In this document: piece by piece, positions 9,316 to 16,565 of the stretch | Layout of the letters: each line of letters opens with the position of its first letter | How positions within the stretch are numbered: position 1 is the first letter of the stretch | DNA from: an uncultured Holophagales bacterium | Lineage (GTDB): Bacteria > Acidobacteriota > Thermoanaerobaculia > Multivoradales > UBA5704 | DNA: 64,000 nt | Direction: 5' to 3' | NCBI GenBank assembly: GCA_963842525.1 | Contig: CAWJGT010000003.1 | Span: 1,856,001 to 1,920,000 of the forward strand | Translations under genes and position numbers: made by a program | Notes under the pieces: generated by a model | What the model was told of the DNA's origin: nothing | The model's database searches: none | Seen by the model: the letters and a program-made list of their open reading frames with translations, nothing else

Positions 9316-10382
9316 GTGGCGTTCCTCCGCACGGTAAAGGCGGTGCGATAGCCCCGCCGGGGCGACCAGGTGTGGCGCGCCGAGGTGACGTAATACAGGC
9401 CGCTGAAGCGCCGGCCGAGGCCGTCCATACGGATCACGGTGCCGGCCGCGAGATCGGGGCGGCCCTTGGCCACCCCCTCGCCCGCGACATAGCCGAGGGC
9501 CATCTCGCGCAGCCGGCCCGAGGCGATCTGTCCGGCCTCGTTTTGCAGGAAGACCGGCTCGTCCACGATGCGGGCCACGGCCGAGCCGAACGCGCTCTGC
9601 ACCGCCTGCGGCCCGGTGACGGAGCCGCCCATGGTGGTCCCTTCGCCGCCGGCCGCGGCCTGGCCGACGAAGGCCTCCTTGTCCCTGGGGTTCCAGGCGC
9701 GCACTTCAACTTGAGCGGCCTGCCCGAGGGTCGAGAGCCGCAGGTCGATCTCCAGGAGGTCGTCCTGCCGCGTCAGCGTGAGGGCCGGGGAGCCGGTGTT
9801 CGCGTGGGAGCGGAACCTGAGGGTCCGCCCCTCGACGAGGACCTCGAAGCCGAGGCGGCCGGCGCGGTCCTGGAGGAACTCGAGATCGGTCTGGTTGTGT
9901 TGCAGCACGTATTCGAGGACGTTCTTCGTGCTCTCGACCTCGGCCGTGAGCCCGGCCTCCTGGGCGATCCGGCGCGCGATCTCGCTGTCCTGGATCTGGG
10001 TGAACGAGCGGGTCTTGCGACCGCGCAGCAGGCGGTGCCGGCGGTCGTGGCCGCGCACCGTGAGCATCGGCGGCTCGTCCATCCGGAGCTCGGGCTCCAG
10101 GCCCGTGATCTCACCGATCATGACGGTCCCCAGCCCGGCGCCGTAGCCCATCCGGACCTCCACCTCGGCGCCGGGAGAGAACAGGCGGTGATCGGACCAG
10201 GTGAGACGCCCGGTCTCGCGGTCCTCGTTGCGCAGGCGCAGCGCGAACATGCCGGGCGCCGCGACGTCCTGGAGCACCGACACCTCGACCACGTCGGCTT
10301 CGGCCTGCGGGAGGAGCTCTCCGCCGTTGAGCCGCAGCTCGAAGCGCGGCGCCAGGCGGTCGGCGGCAAGAGGCAGTACCAT
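9312..10382 (-). CDS. Phage late control D / gp27-like hub (VgrG N-terminal half)
   Basis: QHNQTDLEFL; GLGRRFSGLYYVTSARH. Confidence 0.9.
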   Translation of the reverse strand: MVLPLAADRLAPRFELRLNGGELLPQAEADVVEVSVLQDVAAPGMFALRLRNEDRETGRLTWSDHRLFSPGAEVEVRMGYGAGLGTVMIGEITGLEPELRMDEPPMLTVRGHDRRHRLLRGRKTRSFTQIQDSEIARRIAQEAGLTAEVESTKNVLEYVLQHNQTDLEFLQDRAGRLGFEVLVEGRTLRFRSHANTGSPALTLTRQDDLLEIDLRLSTLGQAAQVEVRAWNPRDKEAFVGQAAAGGEGTTMGGSVTGPQAVQSAFGSAVARIVDEPVFLQNEAGQIASGRLREMALGYVAGEGVAKGRPDLAAGTVIRMDGLGRRFSGLYYVTSARHTWSPRRGYRTAFTVRRNAT

Positions 10383-10385
10383 GGC

Positions 10386-11030
10386 TCAGCTCCGCGGCGG
10401 AATGGACAGCACCATGCCCGGCGTCATCCGGCGCGGGTTGTCGATGCCATTCATCGCGGCGATGGATCGCCAGAGGCCGGGGTCGTCATACTCCTCGGCC
10501 GCGATGCTGGAGAGCGTGTCCCCCTGGCGCAGCACGCGCGTGCGCACCACGGCCGGCAGGCCGGCCAGCCCCGGGACCTCGCGGGTCTCCTCTTCAGGGT
10601 CGATCCACTGCGTGAAGCTGCACCCCAGGGTCGCCCGCACCGGCGTGCCATCGGAAAGAAAAAGGGTATACGTCTGGGACAGGCTCCGCAGCACCCACGG
10701 GAAGCCGCCGAAGTTGTAGCGGCCCCACTGCAACCGGCACCGCGGCGGCCGTCCGAGATCGCCCTGGACCCGCAGCAGCCGCGCGATCTGGCGGGTGATC
10801 AGGCTCACATCGACCCCCTGCTCGTAGGTGTCGAAAAAGAGATCGACCGCGAGAGTGAGCGGAGCGCTGTAGGTGTAGCTCGACTGCGCGGTGCGCTGCG
10901 CGGTCGGCGCCGGCACCCAGCGTGCGTCCTGCGTGAACCGGAGCTGGTTCGGATTGAAGAGCACGGGGACCGGCACCCCATAAACCCGGTTCCGCGTCTC
11001 GACCGCAATCGTAAGCTTTTCCAAAGCCAT
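10386..11030 (-). CDS. CIS tube initiator with LysM domain (Afp7-like)
   Basis: VLFNPNQL...LFFDTYE...DGTPVRA; LysM GDTLSSIAAEEY...WRSIAAMNGIDNP. Confidence 0.9.
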   Translation of the reverse strand: MALEKLTIAVETRNRVYGVPVPVLFNPNQLRFTQDARWVPAPTAQRTAQSSYTYSAPLTLAVDLFFDTYEQGVDVSLITRQIARLLRVQGDLGRPPRCRLQWGRYNFGGFPWVLRSLSQTYTLFLSDGTPVRATLGCSFTQWIDPEEETREVPGLAGLPAVVRTRVLRQGDTLSSIAAEEYDDPGLWRSIAAMNGIDNPRRMTPGMVLSIPPRS

Positions 11031-11031
11031 C

Positions 11032-12108
11032 TCACCGGCCTCCCAGGCGCCCGCGCTCGACCGCAATCGACCGCGCCAGTTGTCGCATCACCCGTTCCGC
11101 GAGGTCGTCCGCGACCTCACCACCTTGGATGCCGTCGGGCGGCTCAGGTTTCATCGAAAGAACCTCACCCCCTGTCCCCCTCTCCCATCTCCCTCCCTCC
11201 GACCGGGAGAGGGGGGACGCGTCTCGGCTCTCTGGCGCGACCTCATTCCCTGGAACAGGTGGTGGCGTTGTTGTTTTGAGAATGGGCAAGGGTAAAGCCT
11301 CTGAAAAAGGCGCAGGCATAAAACCTGGGATTTCAAGAGGAAGCATGGGAGGCAGCAGAAGCGCCCCTTGTGGGCGCGGGAACGTAGCCCCGGGTTTCAA
11401 CCCGGGGTCGGGGAGGCCCCGATCATGATTTCGAGCCCCTTCAGGGGCGATGGCACGGTCGCGTGGGGTTCCCAAAGGCATAGGGTCGCCCGTCCGCCCC
11501 GGGTTGAAACCCGGGGCTACGTGCCCGCGCCCATGAAGGGCGCCGCCCCCGGACCCGCCGGTTGATTGAGCGCGTACAAGGACGATGGGCATATTCGGTT
11601 CAATAGGAGGCGCCGCGTCCCGCCCATGCCCAGGGTTCACACCCTGGGCTACCGAATGTCGCCCTCCGGGCTCAAGAGAGTCAGGGTTCCCAGAGCCCGG
11701 AGGGCGGAACTGGGTAGCCCCGGGTGTCAACCCGGGGCGGCGAGCTACAATCGCCGGCCCGATCTCCACAACCGCCGGTCGCAAAACGACTTTTTCCGCC
11801 ACCGCAGCAACCTTCACCTCAGGCAAACTCGAAGCCGTCCCCCCTCTCCCGGTCGGGGGGAGGGAGATGGGCGAGGGGGCCAAGGGGTGAGGGGCCACCG
11901 GAGCCACCGGGGCACCAACGCTCGCATAAACCAATCCGCCTCCTGGACCGCTCGCCATCCCCGGCGTCCACCGCTGCAGAATGTCGGCCGCGAGCGTCGA
12001 TCCTCCGAGGCTCGCCCGCGCCCGCATCCGCCGCACCACCCCCGGCTCAGTCGCGCGCCGCAGAAGACTCTGTCCCAGCTCTGTCGTTTCACCGTCCATG
12101 TCTCTCAT
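11032..12108 (-). CDS. eCIS Pro-rich protein (possible tape-measure position) containing in-frame REP elements
   Basis: C-term DDLAERVMRQLARSIAVERGRLG resembles CIS-cluster proteins as recalled; middle is REP-derived (PGFNPG, PLSRSEGGRWERG). Confidence 0.6.
   Translation of the reverse strand: MRDMDGETTELGQSLLRRATEPGVVRRMRARASLGGSTLAADILQRWTPGMASGPGGGLVYASVGAPVAPVAPHPLAPSPISLPPTGRGGTASSLPEVKVAAVAEKVVLRPAVVEIGPAIVARRPGLTPGATQFRPPGSGNPDSLEPGGRHSVAQGVNPGHGRDAAPPIEPNMPIVLVRAQSTGGSGGGALHGRGHVAPGFNPGRTGDPMPLGTPRDRAIAPEGARNHDRGLPDPGLKPGATFPRPQGALLLPPMLPLEIPGFMPAPFSEALPLPILKTTTPPPVPGNEVAPESRDASPLSRSEGGRWERGTGGEVLSMKPEPPDGIQGGEVADDLAERVMRQLARSIAVERGRLGGR
11127..11153 (-). promoter_or_regulatory. ECF-type promoter motif, copy 3 (upstream of LysM/baseplate genes)
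   Basis: TGAAAC-ctgagccgcccgacg-GCATCC, 15-nt spacer. Confidence 0.55.
11163..11894. repeat. Cluster of REP elements from two families inside a CDS
   Basis: CCTCACCCCC..CCCCTCTCCC..GGGAGAGGG at 11163-11216 and inverted at 11839-11894; GTAGCCC(C)GGGTTTCAACCCGGG-type at 11384-11407, 11498-11520, 11629-11652, 11714-11737. Confidence 0.85.
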
Positions 12109-12112
12109 GGGC

Positions 12113-12622
12113 TCACCTGAAGGCATTACGGAACGTGCTCAGCGTGCCACCCTGGCTGGAGACGTCGCGGCTGACCGCGGGCCGCGAGAGGCCGCGGTGC
12201 GCCAGCTCGACCGTCTCCACGGCGATCGCATTGGATTCGGACCGCAGCGAGGGCCCGCTCCAGCGCACCGGATATGCCTCGCGGAAGCTCCACCAGATCG
12301 AAGGCTGTCCCTGGGCATCGAGGAGATAGACCGTGCCATTCCTGCGCTCCACGAGGCCCGCGGCCACGTCCTGATGCCAGCTCCAGAGCGTGGCGATATC
12401 GGTGACCCCGCGGCGGAGGATCAGGTTCGAGGGATACCGCGTGGGACCGGGCAGACGGTGCACGTACTCGTTGCGCCCGCCCTCGCGGTAGTCCTCGAAA
12501 ACCGTTTCAATCTCCAGGCCGCCGACCTCCGAGAAGCCGCCCACCACCAGGCCTTCGACCTCCACCAGGAAATTGAAGGCGAGATAGGGGTCCCTGCGCG
12601 AATCCAGTCCCAGCGTCGGCAT
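12113..12622 (-). CDS. Tail tube protein 2 (T4 gp19-like)
   Basis: DPYLAFNFLVEV...GGFSEVGGL...YREGG...AYPVRWSGP. Confidence 0.92.
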   Translation of the reverse strand: MPTLGLDSRRDPYLAFNFLVEVEGLVVGGFSEVGGLEIETVFEDYREGGRNEYVHRLPGPTRYPSNLILRRGVTDIATLWSWHQDVAAGLVERRNGTVYLLDAQGQPSIWWSFREAYPVRWSGPSLRSESNAIAVETVELAHRGLSRPAVSRDVSSQGGTLSTFRNAFR

Positions 12623-12631
12623 GGTCGTCCT

Positions 12632-12805
12632 CTAATGCGCCTGCGCGCTCTCCTCGTTCAGCCGCCGGTTGATCCGGGCGACCTCCGCGACCCAGTGTTG
12701 CCGGTCGCGGTGCTCGAGCCGCAGGATCTCGTCCTGCGGCCAGTGAAAGTGATAGGCGAGGTAGGCTACCTCCTCGAACAGGCGGTCCGAGGGGTAGCCC
12801 ATCAT
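12632..12805 (-). CDS. Small DUF6760-like CIS protein (57 aa; absent from ORF track)
   Basis: Hand translation MMGYPSDRLFEEVAYLAYHFHWPQDEILRLEHRDRQHWVAEVARINRRLNEESAQAH; ATGA overlap with upstream gene. Confidence 0.85.
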   Translation of the reverse strand: MMGYPSDRLFEEVAYLAYHFHWPQDEILRLEHRDRQHWVAEVARINRRLNEESAQAH

Positions 12806-13167
12806 CGTCCCGAGCCTGCGAGCTCCACCTCGTAGGCTTCCTCGCAGTGTGGACAGGTCACCGCCACGCGGTTGTGACCCTCCTCGTTCAGCCGCCGGTA
12901 GAGGTCCTGCAGGTAGGCCAGGTCGCAGGCGAACATCCCTTCGATCACCTTGGGATTGACCTGGTCCAGCGTCCCCAGCCGCGTGATCACCCGCGCCAGG
13001 AGGATGATCACGAGATAGCCCGGATTGGATTGCACTCGCGGGTCTTTCATGGGCGCGATCTCGTCATAGGCCGTGGCCAGCCGCATGACCCCCTCGCGGT
13101 GGAGGTTGCCCTCCGCGTCGAGGAAGCCGCGCGGCAATGTAAAGGGATGCTCGGTCTGGAGCGTCAT
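12802..13167 (-). CDS. Phage tail assembly chaperone-like CIS protein
   Basis: FTLPRGFLDAEGNLHREGVMRLATAYDEI...DLAYLQDLY...CPHC. Confidence 0.85.
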   Translation of the reverse strand: MTLQTEHPFTLPRGFLDAEGNLHREGVMRLATAYDEIAPMKDPRVQSNPGYLVIILLARVITRLGTLDQVNPKVIEGMFACDLAYLQDLYRRLNEEGHNRVAVTCPHCEEAYEVELAGSGR

Positions 13168-13170
13168 GGA

Positions 13171-13605
13171 TCAGGCCCTCTCCAGCCCCTCGTGAGCGAT
13201 CTCGATGGCCTCGATCGCCACCTCGTTGCCGGTGGCGTTGAAGCTCGGGCCGGTCCAGCGGTTCGGCCAGGCATTGCGGAAGTTCCAGCGCACCTTCTCC
13301 TCGCCCGCGCTGTCGAGCAGCACGATCGAGCCGTTGCGGCGCTCGACCCGGCCTTCCGCCGCCTTCTTGCGCCACTCCCAGAGCTCGGCGTCGTCGGTGA
13401 TGCCCCAGCGCAGGGTGATGTTCGTATAGGTGTTGAGCCCGGGAAGCTTCCGCGTGGTCAACCCGTCGTTGCCTTCGCGGTACTCGATCGGGTTCTGGGA
13501 CGAGTCGAGGCCCGAGCACTCGCGGAAGCCGGCGCGGGTGATGCCGTCGATCTCCACCAGGAAGTTGAAAGAACGGAGGGGGTCTTTGCGATCTCCAGTC
13601 GCCAT
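13171..13605 (-). CDS. Tail tube protein 1 (T4 gp19-like)
   Basis: DPLRSFNFLVEIDG...GFRECSGL...IEYREG...KLPG. Confidence 0.95.
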   Translation of the reverse strand: MATGDRKDPLRSFNFLVEIDGITRAGFRECSGLDSSQNPIEYREGNDGLTTRKLPGLNTYTNITLRWGITDDAELWEWRKKAAEGRVERRNGSIVLLDSAGEEKVRWNFRNAWPNRWTGPSFNATGNEVAIEAIEIAHEGLERA

Positions 13606-13653
13606 GATCGATTCTCCTTATGACGAAGAAAGCTGTGATGAGATGGATTGTTA

Positions 13654-14721
13654 TCAGCCGGTGACGATACGCACGACGACGAATTCGCTCGGGGCCAGCG
13701 GCGCGAGGCCGAGGAGCGTTACCACGCGGCCGGCCTCGCGTTCCTCCGGCGGATTCGTCTCCGCGTCACAGCGGACGAAGAAGGCTTCCGCGGGCGTCCG
13801 CCCCTGGAGCGCGCCGGCCTGGAAGAGGCGGCTCAGATAGGCCGTGATCTCGCGCGTCAAGCGATTCCACAGCCTTGCGTCATTCGGCTCGAACGCGGTG
13901 CCGGCCAGGTTGCGCTCGATCCAGCGCACGACGGTCAGGAAGAGCCGCCGCACGTTCACATAGGCCCATGCGGCCTCGCGCGACAGGGTGCGGGCCCCCC
14001 ACACCCGGATGCCACGGCCGGGGAAGGCGCGCAGGACGTTGATCCCCTCGGGATTGAGCGCCGCCTGCTCCACATCGCTCACGTTTGCCGCGAGCTCCAC
14101 GACACCGTCGAGGGCCTCGTTGGCCGGGGCCTTGTGGACCCCGATGTTGCGGTCGCTCCGTGCCACGAGGCCCGCGACATGGCCGCACGGCGGGACGAAC
14201 GGACCGTCCAGCCGCGGCCGGACCCAGGGGTGATAGAGAGCGCCGTTCGTCCCCGACAGGCTCCGCCGCTGGTCCAGCACGCCGGAGCCCGGGACCGAAT
14301 CGAGAAGAGCGATGCGATCGCCGGCCGCGTCGCAATGCGCCAGGATTTCGGACTGCAACCGCAACCCCGTCTCCAGGCCGTTTGCGAACACGTCCGGCGC
14401 GCAGACCAGATCGAGGTCCTGGCGTGGCCGGATCGCCGCCAGGCCACCCTGCAGAGAGTCTCCGCCCTCGGCGAGGCGCACCACCAGGCACTCCTGTCCG
14501 CCGTTGGCAAAGAAGCCCTCCACGGCCGCGGCGAGATGGCTGCCCGGCCGCGGCGCCCCGAAAGCCTCGGAGAGCTGGGCGAGGCGGGTCAGGCGCCGCG
14601 GCACGTTCGTCTCTCCCTCGGAAGCGAGCCCGAGGAATACCGGCACGCCGGTCGCCAGCCCCGCGGGCGGCGCGGGGAAGACGTTCTGCCGGTAGACGCC
14701 GGGGGTCTGCGGGGTGATCAT
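13654..14721 (-). CDS. Contractile tail sheath protein 2
   Basis: TPGVY; VPPCGHVAG; HKAPANE; GIRVWGARTL; YVNVRRL; FEPND. Confidence 0.93.
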   Translation of the reverse strand: MITPQTPGVYRQNVFPAPPAGLATGVPVFLGLASEGETNVPRRLTRLAQLSEAFGAPRPGSHLAAAVEGFFANGGQECLVVRLAEGGDSLQGGLAAIRPRQDLDLVCAPDVFANGLETGLRLQSEILAHCDAAGDRIALLDSVPGSGVLDQRRSLSGTNGALYHPWVRPRLDGPFVPPCGHVAGLVARSDRNIGVHKAPANEALDGVVELAANVSDVEQAALNPEGINVLRAFPGRGIRVWGARTLSREAAWAYVNVRRLFLTVVRWIERNLAGTAFEPNDARLWNRLTREITAYLSRLFQAGALQGRTPAEAFFVRCDAETNPPEEREAGRVVTLLGLAPLAPSEFVVVRIVTG

Positions 14722-14724
14722 TGG

Positions 14725-15876
14725 TTACCGTCCCGGCCCAGCCCACTGGCTGATGCGGAAGACGAGGAACTCGGCCGGCCGTACTGCTGCAAGCCCGACC
14801 TCTACCACGAGCTGCCCCAGGTCGCGCACCTCGGGCGGATTGTTCGACGCGTCGCAGCGCACGTAGAAGGTTTCCTGCGGCGTGGCTCCGAACAGCGCCC
14901 CGGACCGCCAGACGTTGGTCAGGAAGGCGGAGACGTTGCGCGTCACGCGTGCCCACAGAGATGGATCATTGGGCTCGAAGATCACCCATCGGGTTCCCTG
15001 ATCGATCGATTCGCGCAGGAAGAGGAACAGGCGCCGCACGTTGACGTACTTCCATTCGCCATTCGCGTCGCCGCCGAGGGTGCGCGCTCCCCAAACCGTC
15101 ACATTTCCGTCGAGGTCGCGGATCACGTTGATCCCTGCCGGGTTGAGGCCGGCCTGGTCGGCGCGGGACAGGCGGTGCTGCACACCGAGCGCGCCGCGGA
15201 TCACCTCGTTGGCCGGCGCCTTGTGTACGCCGCGCAGGGTGTCCACGCGGGCATAGACGCCGGCGATGTGACCGCTGGGCGGCACGGCAAGGGGCGCGCC
15301 CGACACCGGATCGAAGACCTGGATGCGTGGGTAATACATCGCGGCGGAATCGCTGTTGCCGACCTCGCCCTGGATGGCCTCCGGGGTGAGCTCGGCCGTG
15401 TCCTGACCGTCGAGGATCGCAAAGCGGTCACCCAGGTTGCGGCAGTGATCGATCACCGCGGTCTGGATGGCGGCATCCTCGGCGCCGGGCACGGCGACCA
15501 GCGAGATCTCGTCGATGGTGGCGAGCCGTTCGAGGGCCGATGTGACGTTTGCGGCCGTCAGAGATGCGCCGAAGCGGGCCACCCAGCAACGCGTGCCGCC
15601 GTTGTTGAAGAAGCCATAGACCGCATGAGCGAGGGTGCTGTTGCCTTCCTGGAAATCTCCGAGCCGGGTGCGGAAGCCCTCCCAGCTCGTGATGAGCTGC
15701 GGCACATCGGCCATCGGCAGCTCATACGGCTCGGAGCCGCCCGGCCGGGGTGGTAGCCGGACATCATCTTCGACCTGCCCGATGAAGGCGGCGGTGCTGG
15801 TGCCCACGCCGGCGATCGGCTGGACGGACGAAGGCACCTCTTCGACATAGACTCCGGGCGCAAGATACTGGGGCAT
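14725..15876 (-). CDS. Contractile tail sheath protein 1
   Basis: MPQYLAPGVYVEE; PPSGHIAG; HKAPANE; WKYVNVRRLF; PAEF. Confidence 0.95.
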   Translation of the reverse strand: MPQYLAPGVYVEEVPSSVQPIAGVGTSTAAFIGQVEDDVRLPPRPGGSEPYELPMADVPQLITSWEGFRTRLGDFQEGNSTLAHAVYGFFNNGGTRCWVARFGASLTAANVTSALERLATIDEISLVAVPGAEDAAIQTAVIDHCRNLGDRFAILDGQDTAELTPEAIQGEVGNSDSAAMYYPRIQVFDPVSGAPLAVPPSGHIAGVYARVDTLRGVHKAPANEVIRGALGVQHRLSRADQAGLNPAGINVIRDLDGNVTVWGARTLGGDANGEWKYVNVRRLFLFLRESIDQGTRWVIFEPNDPSLWARVTRNVSAFLTNVWRSGALFGATPQETFYVRCDASNNPPEVRDLGQLVVEVGLAAVRPAEFLVFRISQWAGPGR

Positions 15877-15888
15877 GAGCGTCTCTCC

Positions 15889-16491
15889 TTAAGATCTCTC
15901 TCCGGCTCCCTGCTGGAGGCGGAGGACTTTTTCGAGGACCGGTGGACCTGCCACGGTGGTCAGATCGGGCTCGACGCCGATCGTCACCGTGTAGCTGAGC
16001 GCGGCCTTTGGCTTGCCGCCGAGCGCCTGCCAGAGCTCGCTGACGCTTTGAATGCGCCCGGCCTGGAGGGCGGCCGTGGGCAGCGGCGGCTCCTGGCCCG
16101 CCAGGCTCCCGTGCAGCACCGCGGGCGGCAGCATGGGAAAGCGCAGCAGGACCTTCATGACTTCGCCGAGCAGGCGATGCTCGTCGAGAGCCGGCGTGGT
16201 CGAGCCATCACTCGGCCAGGCAGTGATCAGATACGAGCAGTCGACGCGCACCGGCGGGGCCTTGCGGATTGCTGGGCCGTCACCGTTGCGCTCGAGCCGC
16301 CACTCGCTGGTGCGAGCTTCGCGGTTTTCGCGCAGGTCATAGAGAAAGAGATCGATGGCCGGCAGCGCGACCGACACCGGCGGAAACTGGTTGTCCGGAG
16401 CGGCGAAGCTGATGGTGATCTGGGACACCAGATCCTGCGGCAGCTCAAGCTTGAGCAGCTCTTCCAGCGATATGTCCAGGTCGTCGATCAT
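15889..16491 (-). CDS. DUF4255 / Pvc16-Afp16-like cap (tail terminator) protein
   Basis: MIDDLDISLEELL...LFLYDLREN...YLITAW...ELWQALGG. Confidence 0.9.
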   Translation of the reverse strand: MIDDLDISLEELLKLELPQDLVSQITISFAAPDNQFPPVSVALPAIDLFLYDLRENREARTSEWRLERNGDGPAIRKAPPVRVDCSYLITAWPSDGSTTPALDEHRLLGEVMKVLLRFPMLPPAVLHGSLAGQEPPLPTAALQAGRIQSVSELWQALGGKPKAALSYTVTIGVEPDLTTVAGPPVLEKVLRLQQGAGERS

Positions 16492-16538
16492 GGCCGTCGT
16501 TCCGTGTCCTTTCGGTCTCGTCCTGCTTCAGACCGATT

Positions 16539-16565
16539 GGATGCCGGCGACGGCGAAAGGTTTCA
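16539..16565 (-). promoter_or_regulatory. ECF-type promoter motif, copy 2 (upstream of cap/sheath genes)
   Basis: TGAAAC-ctttcgccgtcgccg-GCATCC, 15-nt spacer. Confidence 0.6.

Noticed and set aside
12790-12830. Programmed -1 frameshift in the tail chaperone
   Set aside because: No slippery heptamer; the downstream ORF has its own ATG overlapping the stop.
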